A stretch of DNA of 63,415 bases, the filler included, from Asterionella formosa (Eukaryota): the NCBI GenBank assembly GCA_002256025.1. It is 8 parts of 8 records of this genome, joined end to end, with 100 filler letters (N's around TTAATTAATTAA, not from the genome) between each part and the next. Parts side by side here need not be neighbours in the genome. Positions count along the whole stretch, not along the records: positions 1 to 26,505 come from NKIB01001699.1; 7 more parts are not named here. One strand, 5' to 3'. Numbering within the stretch: position 1 is the stretch's first letter; each line of letters begins with the position of its first letter. Below, piece after piece: positions 1 to 10,713 of this stretch. Position numbers and translations under genes: made by a program. The notes under the pieces were generated by a model. That model was not told where the DNA came from, made no database searches, and saw nothing but the letters and a program-made list of their open reading frames with translations.

Positions 1-661
1 CAGGCAGGTACCATGATGAAACTTCCGGCGGGAATTTATTTAGTGATGCTACCAGACTGTGTACCAGGTTTTATGCATAGTAGCACTGCTGGTATAACAG
101 CACCAGCACAATTCTGCTGATCCTAAGTAGGCAGGTCTATGGGAGCAGGCTGTACATTCATACACAGCTTACTGCCAGCACCTCTGATCTTGCTACTGGC
201 ATTTCACTACCTTTCCCTTAGGAGTCTGTAGATTCACTACTCAGCAGTCCATGGTGCCAGCACTTCATTAGTTGCTTCTGGCACTTCCTCACCTTCCTCA
301 TTTTGCCAACTAAAATTAAGCTCATATAATTGAAAACATCAGTTTTTTCAACCAAATTTACATTCATTCCTTTCTTTCACCTTGGATCCCTACAAGATCC
401 ACCACCTTGCTTGGATCTTACAAGATCCACCACCTTGCTTGGATCCTTACAAGATCCACCACCTTGTTGGATCCCTACAAGCAAGATCCACCCTTCTTGA
501 CCTTCCCACACAGTTTGTCACTTAAGTTCTACACAACCTTGGATTCTTCTACAATCTGTAATCTTCTGGACCTTTCTAGTAATCATCATTTTTTTATTTC
601 CTTCATTTAAGACACAATCGCTCTTATATATATCACTACATCATCAAGTGATATACTGACT
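1..661 (+). repeat. 5' LTR (truncated by window start), ending ...GATATACTGACT
   Basis: Last ~104 bp closely match 8746-8849. Positions ~30-70 resemble ~6848-6888. The PBS follows immediately. Confidence 0.85.
378..491 (+). repeat. Four tandem 25-32 bp units, CACCTTG(C)TTGGATC(C/T)TACAAGATCCAC, inside the 5' LTR
   Basis: Read directly from the sequence. Each unit carries a TGGATC...GATCCA inverted pair. Confidence 0.9.
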
Positions 662-683
662 GGTTATCAAGCCCAATTGCGCT
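662..683 (+). promoter_or_regulatory. Primer-binding site, half-tRNA(iMet) type
   Basis: GGTTATCAAGCCCAATTGCGCT abuts the LTR end. It resembles the GGTTATG(G/A)GCCC PBS of Drosophila copia and yeast Ty5, which is complementary to the initiator-tRNA anticodon arm. Confidence 0.6.
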
Positions 684-787
684 TATTTTCTGTGAAATAA
701 TAGCAACCTCTACAACAAGATCACCCCATATCAGTCATTTTTCTTTTGTAGTACTCAAGGAAATCTTCTTCATAACAATCCTTCCTC

Positions 788-2192
788 ATGTCTGGCAATA
801 TTCTTCCTGATCCTCCCACTTCTTCCATGACCATTGACAAACCTATTATGGGAGGACTCACCATTTGTCCAACCGAAATCGTTGCATGGACTGGAGGAGT
901 TCAACGACCTTACATTGACTGCACTGGACTGACCAATGTCAAAGCAATCAAGCGTTCTCCCAACTGCTCTCGTCCAACTAAGTCCAGTGATCAGTCCAGG
1001 AACTGGAACTACCGCACAGCTGCACCTCTCATTCTGTTTAAAAAGGATGGCAAGGACCTAGACCTATACTCCTTTGGTGTTAATGTTTTGGCACACCTTG
1101 AACTCACAGGTATGGAATCCATCATGTATGTCAAGAGTCTCAGTGATGACACCAAGATGGTCCATGTCATCAAGGAATTTGAGCAGGTCACCCTTTCCCA
1201 TGTCCTTGATGAATCTGACTACTACAAGAACAAATTTGATTCTTATGACCAGGACAATGACACAACTGCTTGCTTGTATCTTGAATTCACACTTGACCCC
1301 TCACTCCTCAAGGAACTTGACCTCAGTCAGGAACCAGGTGACTCTGCTGCTGTTACCTGAATGCGCATCCTTCGTCTGATTAGCAGTGGATCTGTTGAGC
1401 GATTCAACCGAAAGAAGGATGAACTCAAGCAGCTGTCTCCAATTAAGAAAGCTGGTGAAAGCGTCTCACTCTATGCAAACAAGATCCGCAGAATTTGCTG
1501 TGAACATAAAAATGCCCATCATTTTGAATGGTTGCTAGTGTTGGCAATCATTAAGGCACTCTGTCAGGTTTCAGTTGAGAGTTTTCGTGACATTTGGCAT
1601 CCCAAGCGTCTTGACCTTGACTCTGCTCTCTCAGACTCAGCCTACCTATCCAAAGATTCAGCCAAGAAGTTCATGATCAAAAAGGGTTTTCACTACACAG
1701 CTATCCTTGATCTTGCTGAAGAAGCCTACCGCTCTCTCTTGGACAATGGTGATTGGTCCCCCTGCCAGCACTGTAAAGGACACCATCCAACAGGCCCCTT
1801 CCCTTTTTTATGCTGGAATGGACCAAGCATCATTCAATGCCCTTGTTCAAGCAGCCATTGCTGCTAAACCTGGTGGAGATGCGCCTGGTGTTCCTCCTCC
1901 CAAGCCCACAGATCCTAAGAAGCACAACTGGCGTGAAGTAGCACCCAAGCCTGGAGAGCCAACTGTCAAAGTTGTTGGTGATAATTCATTCAACTTCTGT
2001 AACAAGTGTTGCAAAGGCCTGGGACTCTGGACCTCAACGCACCTTGGATCTACTCATGGAAAACCTCCAAATGCGGTTGTTCCTGCTTCTCCTGCTGCCC
2101 CCACACCTGTTCCTGCCATTGAAGCACCTGTTATAAGTGCAAACCTTGCTGGTGTCAATGATGGATTTGGAATTTGTGCAACTCAATTTTGA
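788..2192 (+). pseudogene. gag: Copia gag (in-frame stop at 1358-1360, frameshift near 1770)
   Basis: ORFs 788-1360, 1361-1867 and 1707-2192 follow the PBS. C-terminal knuckle-like FCNKC...W...H...H motif. Confidence 0.8.
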
Positions 2193-2799
2193 CTTGGGGG
2201 TCGGGGGGAGGGGGGGGGCCCAATCCACTTTCATTTCTTCTTTGGATACTTTGTCAGAGATTGACCCTTTCCTTTGAGTTCCTCCCTCTTATCAGTCTTC
2301 TGAATCACAACCATGTTGTCCTTGCTTCCCTGGGACCTTGTGTGTGCTTCTGGTTGGTTGTCTTCTCTCAAGTGCTCTGGCTTCACTTCATGCAGTATGC
2401 TCATGCCCACCCTCCTGTGAAACTGCTGCACTTGTCTACACATCGCCGTTGTTATCGACATCAGAAGTAACTCCAGCAACCTCTCAGTCTCGTGTCAATT
2501 GTCTCTCGCTCATATCCACTTCAGCTTCGACAATGCAGGTCTGACAGTATCAGAGAGCCTCCCATGTTTATCTCAACCACTGACCCTGTTCCACAGTCCA
2601 TTGTTCTCAAGCCTCCCCATATACCTTACTCATCCCAGATTGCAGGTATACAATACCTATTCAGATCAAATGTTAAACATTGTCAGGCTTGGAGTCTTCT
2701 CTATACACCAACAATTGCTGCCAGTAATCCAGTCCCACCAAGTCCATTCTGTTGCCTTGGTGCCACTAAAAGTCCAATCTTGGGCTCTCCTCAGTAGCA

Positions 2800-5700
2800 C
2801 AGTTCTCCTTTATTTGGGACACAGGAGCATCCAGTACAGTCAGTCACAATATCCAGGACTTTGTTGATGGGATAACCCCCTTGATCACACCTGTCACACT
2901 GAAAGGACTAGCAGCAGGATTATCAATTGAAGGTCAAGGCAAGGTCAGATGGATGGTTCCAGCAGTTGATGGTACTCTCCATTTTCTTGAGCTCTCTGAA
3001 GAAGATACTCCTGGAGCTCACCAACGCCTCCTCAGTTGGCAATCTTATATCCAAGGTTTTTTTGGATCTAAACTCCAGCCTACGGTCGAGTTGAGTCTGA
3101 CCATATTCGTATCTGTGGAGGTGGAGTACCAGACATTGTTGTCCCTTTCTCAACCAACAATAACCTTCCTATCAGCTATGGATACAATGAAGTGGATGTC
3201 AATCACTGTGTTCAAGAGCTTAACCTCTGTGTTACCGATTCAAACAATCAAAATCTAACCGAAGCTCAGAAGGAACTAATGCGTTGGCACTTTCGACTTG
3301 GCCATCTACACTTTAAATCAATACAATTACTGTTGAGATCAGGAGCCCTTGCAACAAGTGAAGGGCAAAAGAATCTGCACCGTTCAGCATCCAACTGTGT
3401 CCTACCTCGCTGTGCCTCCTACCAATTTGGAAAGGCAAAACGTCGACCAACATCCAGTAGTGTTTCAACGCCCGTTCCATCAAGCTGTGGTGCACTTAAG
3501 AAAAGAGACCTCCTACCAGGGCAGCAAGTCTCAGTCGATCACTTTGTTTGTCACACTAAGGGACGACACTATGATTCAAAAGGAAAAACAGTTCAAGAGC
3601 AAATGTACTCAGGAGGATGTCTGTTTGTCGACCATGCTTCCGGTTTTGTTCATGTGGAACATCAAGTCTCTCTGACCTCTCATGAAACTTTTGTTTCAAA
3701 ACACAAATTTGAGGCTGCTGCTTGGGACTCTGGAGTTATTGTTCAATCTTACCTTTCAGACAATGGAAAGGCTTTTACTGATAAGGAATATGTTGCAGAA
3801 TTGGCAGCTTTCAAACAAGTTAGTCACTTTGCTGGAGTAGGTGCCCATCATCATAATGGTGTTGCAGAGCGGAATATTCAAACCATTATGTCTATGGCGT
3901 GAACTATGATGCTGCATGCTGCCATCCGCTGGTGTGACACTGCTGATAGTACCCTCTGGCCTATGGCTGTTGACTATGCTGTGTACATTCATCATCTCCC
4001 TAACAGGAAAAATGGCCTGGCACCTTTTGAGATTTTCTCAGGCACTAAATGGCCCACCCACAAATGCAATGATCTCCAAGTATGGGGAAGTCCCGTGTAT
4101 GTCCTGGATTCTACTATGCAGGATGGAAAGAAACTGCCTAGAAGGAAACCTCGTTCGCGTCGTGCAGTTTTCTTGGGACTCTCAAAGAAGCACGCCTCCA
4201 CTGCCCCACTGGTGCTTAATCTGAACACTGGATACATCAGCCCTCAGTTGTTCCACTGTGTATTTGACTCTTGGTTCTCCACTGTCATTTCAGATCCTGA
4301 TCGAGCTCCAGACTTAAATGGTCCAATTTGGGACAACCTCTTTGGGCACAGTCATTTCCAATATTTCTTTGATGACAATGAACCTCCTCTGTTGGGTGAT
4401 GAATGGAATGAAGATTTTATTGCTCAAGAGCAACATAACAGGCAAAACTCACTCATTAGAGGTGCCCAGGATGCTCAAGTCCCAGTCTCTGCTCTCTCTA
4501 TTCCACCCACTTCTCCCAGACCTCCGCTTTCACCGTCCCATCAGTCATTGTCCCCATTGCCTCAGAGGGAGCGTCATCTTTCTATTGATGTTCCATTTAC
4601 CCCAGCTCTGAGGGAGCCACCTTTGGTCTTGACATCTCTGAGGGAGGAGCCTTCAGGTTTACCTCCCCTGGCTCTGAGGGAGACACCTCCACCAAAGAAC
4701 CAACAACCCAATCCTGCTCCTGCTTCCGTACGCCCTCGTCACTCTCAGCGAAGTACAAAAGGTGTTGCAGGCACACGATATGGCGATGAACTTGAATTCA
4801 ACCACCTCGTTGCCAAGTTTGCTGATTGAAGACCCGCTCGCCACCTGCACTGATGGTCACCTCAATGATGTCGCTTTGGCCGCTTTTGTTGCTTCCTCCA
4901 GTGACCCTGACACTCTTCGATACGATGAAGCCATGATGCGTGATGTTGACGCCCTTGAATGGAGGGAGTCCATGCACAAGGAAATCACTTCACTCGCTCA
5001 TCAAACAAGGAACTTGGGAAATTGTCTCAAAATCTTCAGCAACAACCAAAACCTTTCCTGGCACTTGGACTCTTCGCCGTAAACATCACCCAGACGGACG
5101 TATCAAATCACTAAAGGCTCGTTGGTGTGTTTGTGGTGACCTCCAAGAACCAATGGAAAACACCTTTGCTCCTGTTGTGATGTGGTCTACTGTACATCTT
5201 CTGATTTACTTCACCTTGTTTTTCAAGCTCCACACTCGGTGTATTGATTTCAGCAATGCCTTTGTTCAAGCTGCCCTCCTCGATGAACCAATTTATGTCC
5301 ATCTCCCTCGTGGCTATCAGAGTGATTCTGACTAATATGTCTGTCTGAAGCTCACCAAGAGTCTCTATGGCCTAGTGCAAGCCCCTCGTCTCTGGTTTGA
5401 CTATCTGAAAGCAAAACGTGAAACACGCGGTTTCACTCAAAGTTCCCTCGATCCATGTCTTTTTTATTGCAAAACTACTGTCCTTGTTTGCTAGCTATGT
5501 GGATGACATTATAATGGCCGGACCAGACTCTAATGTTCTTGATGCACTTGTGACTGATCTTAAAGTCGATACAGACCTCACTGAAGAAAGTGAACTTGCC
5601 ACTTTCTTGGGCATCCAAGTCTCTCGCAAAAATGACACCTTCACCTTGACGCAAACTGGTCTCACTGACCGCATTATCTCTACCTTAGGTCTCGACTCTG

Positions 5701-6580
5701 CCAACCCAACATGGACTCCTACCACACAAGAATCGCTGGGGTCTGATGATCGATATGGTTGAGATGATCATACTCGCATATACATAATTCGAAAATACTC
5801 AATGCACTATATGTCCATTGTTTTCCACGACTACGTGTACCGGTATTATTTCTGAAATTTGTTTGCATCGATCGATCTGTCATAGGTATGCTTCTTTACT
5901 TGAGTAACAACTCTTGCCCTGATATTGCCTTTGCGGTTCACCAGTGTGCTCGATTCTCTCATGCTCCCAAGCAAACCCATGCACTTGCAATTAAAGCCAT
6001 TGGACGATACCTCATTCGCACCCATCACAAATGTCTCATTCTTTCTCCATCTGGGGATCTTGGGGTTGATTGTTATGTTGATGCGGATTTTGCTGGCCTT
6101 TGGCTACATGAAGATGACCAAAACCCTCTTAGTGTCAAGTCGCGTACCAGATACCTTATCACCATTGGTGGCTGTCCTCTTACCTGGACTTCAAAACTTC
6201 AAAGTGAAGTTGCCTTGTCCACTTTGGAAGCTGAGTACATTGCATTGTCCCATTCCATGCGTGAGCTTATTCCTATTCGTGCCCTTGTTCAGGAAATGGC
6301 AATTTCTATGGGACATAGTCCAATTTTTGAAATTCGAACCTATTCTAAGGTTTTTGAGGATAACAATGGGGCTCTCATTCTTGCCTCCTCACCTTGCATG
6401 ACACCCCGGTCTAAACACATTGCTGTCAAGTACCATTTCTTCCGTTCCCATGTTGCAAATGGACACATTAAAATCATCAAGATTGCCACTACCGAACAAA
6501 AGGCAGACATCTTCACCAAAGGACTTGTGCGCACTGTTTTCGACGAGTCCATTCGGAAGTTGGCTGGTCATGGGGTGGTT
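2800..6580 (+). pseudogene. pol: Copia pol: protease, integrase, reverse transcriptase, RNase H (disrupted)
   Basis: Protease FIWDTGAS (~2809-2832). Integrase WHFRLGH, SVDHF, SDNG, NGVAER. RT KARWCVCGD, DFSNAFVQA, KSLYGL, YVDD. RNase H YVDADFAG, STLEAEY, EDNNG, ADIFTK. Confidence 0.95.
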
Positions 6581-6672
6581 GTGTTTACTATCCTACTATG
6601 CATTCCCCCTGTGATACCAATAATATTTGTCTCATTCACTCCTCAATCTTTTTTTAGTTGGTATCTTCGGCT

Positions 6673-6681
6673 GAGAGGGAG
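6673..6681 (+). promoter_or_regulatory. Polypurine tract (GAGAGGGAG)
   Basis: Purine run downstream of RNase H, directly before the LTR start AGTCAGTATA. Confidence 0.8.
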
Positions 6682-6890
6682 AGTCAGTATACTGGTCATT
6701 TGTGTACTAGTAGCTACTAGGAGCAATGCCGGTGTATTACCGACAGTAGCGCAAAATCGCTTCTGCCCTTTCAATGACGGCAGCACCATACTGCTGGAGC
6801 AGCACTTTACTACCAGGTACTACTAATTTACATACCGGCTGCCAGCAGGAATTTAGTGATGCTTAGCAGTACCAGGCTGTGTACCTGGTA
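6682..6890 (+). repeat. 3' LTR, left part (up to the mariner insertion site TA 6889-6890)
   Basis: Starts AGTCAGTATA, the reverse complement of the LTR end TATACTGACT. Its distal part resembles window positions ~30-70. Confidence 0.75.
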
Positions 6891-8570
6891 CTCCCTCTGT
6901 CTAGTAACAGTTGCATCGATAATTCAAATTTATCCGGGCGGGCCATTTTGACTCCTACGATTTTCTCCGGCTCAATAGCCCTATGGTGCAGCTTGCTCTA
7001 GTAAGCTACCGATCCATATATATATTATATAAAGAAAGATGAAAATTGGCAACTACGCCTGAAAAAAAGAACGTTTTTCGGCTTTTTTGACTTCCACTTT
7101 TGCTCATCTCGAGCGAAATGCAGATGACTGACCCCCCTTTTTTCTTGCCACCACCTCTTCTCAACAAGCACATGAGAAAGGATCTAACACCAGAAGAGTG
7201 TCAACTCGTGTTGGATTATGGTTTACGGAACCTCCAAAAAGGACCTGATGGAGGGGACGAAATGGATGGTCGGCTCATTTTAGTGCGTGGAACCGTTACA
7301 TTTTTGGCAGGTCGGTTCAAATTTGATAAAACAACTATACAACGTGTTTGGAACCGCGCGCTCGAATCCTATTCTAATGATGATACTTACGTGTTTGCAT
7401 CGCTTTCCCGCAAATTATTGACTGGGTATACTTGCAAATACCCACGTAAGAAATAATTGCAGCGATTAGAGGTATTCCATATCGCAAGCGTACTGCATAT
7501 CGTAAATTAGCAGCTGCTCTTGCCCTTCCCAAGTCAACAGTTCTTTGGATTGCAAAGGATAACAGAGAGAATGTAATACGACTGCACACAAGTTCAGTCA
7601 AGCCGATGCTTTCGGAGGAGGGTAAGATAAGTCGTTTTATGTATTGTGTGAATCATTTACAATTGAACCATCCAGATCAAGAACACCATCCTTCCCCTGA
7701 TATTGATTTTGATCCGGGACTGTTTGGTTACTATGATGGCTACCAGGTTCCTATAGATGAAAAGTGGTTCTTTGTTTTAGAAGGAAAGTTGAAAATATAT
7801 CTGGCTCATGGAGAAGAGGCTCCCACAAGGCGGACAAAACATAAGGAGAATATCGAAAAGGTCATGTTCCTTTCTGCTGTGACACATCCGCGTTTTGACG
7901 ACGAAAAAGTGTGTACGTTTGATGGTAAAATTGGGATTTGGCTATTTGTGCACCAAGTAGCAGCGCAAAAAAGTTCAATTTATCGACCGGCAGGGACAAT
8001 GGAAACAAAGTCACTCCCAGTGACAAAACCGTCATATGCTGACATGATTGTTGATAATGTTTTACCTATGATAAAAGCGAAGTGGCCTGATGGAAACAAA
8101 AGAATAAATCTACAGCATGACAATGCTTCAACACATTTTGGTTCCGATTTTGTTCCCTTTGTAGCAGCTGCAACAGATGAAGAATGGGATATTCGATTGA
8201 CTAAGCAACCCGCGAACAGTCCGGATTTGAATATCAACGATCTATCTTATTTAGGGCATTACAGTCAGGTCAATGGGTCTCTGTGGCAGAAGCCCGCAAC
8301 AACATCGACGGTTTGATAGAGGCAGTGCAGGCAGCATTCGATTTTTTTGAACCAACCAAATTAAATTGTTCTTTCTTAACATTACAGGGTTGCTTGGAAG
8401 AGATTATTTTGGTTAATGGCGACAACAATTATAATATACCTCACATTGGGAAGGCGGCTCTGGAAAGAGCGGGAATTTTACCTGATAGGCTAGCAGCTGG
8501 GGGGAAGGAGCAATTGAGTTGGCTAGCACTTTTCTGGATGATCTTTTTTAACAGTACTATATATTAGCAC
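6891..8570 (+). mobile_element. Tc1/mariner element, DD39D (plant/oomycete mariner) type; frameshifted transposase; right TIR not found
   Basis: TA + CTCCCTCTGT left end (Stowaway-like TIR). Transposase pieces at 7100-7456, 7606-8316 and 8283-8567 with IDEKWF, QHDNA, QPANSPDLNIND (39 residues between the 2nd and 3rd D), FLTLQ and YNIPHIGK. Confidence 0.92.
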
Positions 8571-8745
8571 TGGTTGTTAATGGTTCTATATGTATTGAAC
8601 TTATAGTTTCTTTGACATGCTGGATAACTATAGTTGGATTTTATTTAACTACACAGCCCAGCAGTAGGATTTTGAAACATAAAAAGAGCAACTCCATAAC
8701 CTCGCATGTTCATTCTCCATTTTGTTTGCTCCTTAGAATCTTGTA

Positions 8746-8849
8746 GTAATCTTCTGGACCTTTCTGGCATTCATCTATTTTTTATTTCCTTCATTTAAGA
8801 CACAATTGCTCTTATATATATCACTACATCATTAAGTGATATACTGACT
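8746..8849 (+). repeat. 3' LTR, right part
   Basis: Close match to 558-661; ends ATATACTGACT. Confidence 0.88.
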
Positions 8850-9189
8850 AAATCCATTGAATTTGATTCTGCATGAAATGGTTTTGTTTGAATGCGATGC
8901 AGGTTTTTTATTTTGGTATTTACCAATGATACATTTTGTAGTTGTATGTTTCCTATTTTTATACACTATCTATGCATTCTGTACACAACTTTTTTCCTTT
9001 AACATTTTATTACCCAGTGATTCATTTGTTGTATATACCACAGGAGCACCTGGTTGGTTCTTGCGAGAGTACCAGGTACCTATCTGGTAGAATCAACTTG
9101 GATGCCTGGGCGAGCAAGCTTGGAAAGGACATGAACGCAAATCTAGTACCGGCATATATTTTACAGATTATAATTCCAATATCTATTGT

Positions 9190-10116
9190 TCATGTCGCCA
9201 TTTGACCCCGCTGCTTTGCAGCCATGGCTCGCTTCCGCGCTTTTGGGTTTGGTCGCTTCTTGGAAAGATCAAATTCACCCTTGCTTTCACGTGGAATATG
9301 GGCCGTGGAACTAGCATATTGGAGTTTACGATTGCGATCGTAAATACCACTCTTACCAAATATAGATTCCAGCCATGCATGCGGCACTTGCTCTCCTGTA
9401 TAGCAATACCAAAAGGAGGGAAATGGTGCTGTCTGTGTCTTTCCCTTTGCCAAAGCAGCACTGCCACTATTGGCAGCAACCCACTGAGGAGGTAGATACG
9501 AATAACGTGACTTAGGGACCAAGTAGAAAATCCCTTGCTGTATGTTGGAACGCCGGTAGTATTCCTTAGTGTAAACAAAGTGAGGCAATAGCAAAAGATA
9601 AGGCTTCTGTGAACCAGCAGCAAAATTAAGTAGCTTCTCCATGTGTTCACCAGAGTATGGAGGATTCGTTATAAGCAGATCATAGTCTGGGATCTTGTTG
9701 TTCGCAATGTTTGCATAAAAATCCTGATTTTCATTGATGACATTCTTACAGCCAAGTGACGCAAGCTTCATCCTGACACCTCCATCGCAATAGTAGGGAT
9801 CATAGATTAAGACGGCTTGTCGAGTCTTTCCAAGATTAATTGCAATCTGATCTATCAAGGCAATTATGTCTTGATACGCGCCTATGGGTGTTTCACAGTG
9901 GTCAGTGTCGTCGACTTTGAATGGATGGGAAGGCTTTCCGCTAGTGGCTTTTGTATTCCAGGGAATCGAATTGTCGGATTGCTTTCTTCGCTTTGCCGGA
10001 TTTTGTAATTGAGTTCCGGTTCTGATGCTTGTAGTAGGATTTAATTCCACCGCGTCAACACTTGTCGATTTCTTTCTTTTCCGCCGTTTTCTCTTTGCTT
10101 CGTTTGGTTCATCCAT
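9190..10116 (-). CDS. Putative N6-adenine (amino) methyltransferase-like protein, 308 aa
   Basis: Intact ORF. HCETP, motif I-like IYDPYYCDG, DFY, motif IV LITNPPY and KPYLLLLP. Basic NLS-like N-terminus (KRKRRKRKK). Confidence 0.7.
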   Translation of the reverse strand: MDEPNEAKRKRRKRKKSTSVDAVELNPTTSIRTGTQLQNPAKRRKQSDNSIPWNTKATSGKPSHPFKVDDTDHCETPIGAYQDIIALIDQIAINLGKTRQAVLIYDPYYCDGGVRMKLASLGCKNVINENQDFYANIANNKIPDYDLLITNPPYSGEHMEKLLNFAAGSQKPYLLLLPHFVYTKEYYRRSNIQQGIFYLVPKSRYSYLPPQWVAANSGSAALAKGKTQTAPFPSFWYCYTGEQVPHAWLESIFGKSGIYDRNRKLQYASSTAHIPRESKGEFDLSKKRPNPKARKRAMAAKQRGQMAT

Positions 10117-10713
10117 TTCCAGATATCTTCTGTATTAGATTTTCTTTTTAAAAGAAGTGCGAGCAGGGTAAAATCAAACAATTCTTTCCTTTCGATATCG
10201 CTATGGAATTATGGCTGCATACCGTACTAATGAATGCCGATGTTGTTGCTCAGTGATGGTCAAGTGTCAGCACAAAGAAATTCCTTGTGCAGACAGATTA
10301 CCGGTAGTCGGAGTGGATGCCAGGTACCTGGTACCTGGTACCAGTACCAGTTACGACAAATCTTTCTATCCATGATTATTACAATAATCTCTCCACAGAT
10401 TTGTGCAAGCTGCGGTAAATGAGAATTTTAGCTGTGTTTTCCTTATAGCATAAACCGTCTTTACCACAAATCCATTGGTGTGGTATCATACCACACCTAT
10501 ACACATCATATGATAGATTCTCAATCGGTCGACTGAACATTTTGTTCTTGGTGCTTCCTACTTTATTCCTGCCTCTACCTGTCACTGTCGTAAATCGGCC
10601 TAAATTTGCCTAGATCATCTTTAGAATATACCGGGTACACGGTGTTTGTATTGTCACCAAATTCACTGAGATATCGGTTGTGCCTGCTTTAGTTGGTTCA
10701 GTTGGAAGACACA

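Larger units (their letters stand above)
1..8849 (+). mobile_element. Degenerate Ty1/copia LTR retrotransposon (diatom CoDi-like); 5' end lies upstream of the window
   Basis: Order is LTR-PBS-gag-PR-IN-RT-RNaseH-PPT-LTR (copia order, IN before RT). 558-661 matches 8746-8849. Many stops and frameshifts. Confidence 0.95.

Noticed and set aside
378..491. Possible CRISPR array (palindromic ~29-bp repeats)
   Set aside because: Units are head-to-tail with no unique spacers, there are no cas genes, and the context is a eukaryotic LTR.
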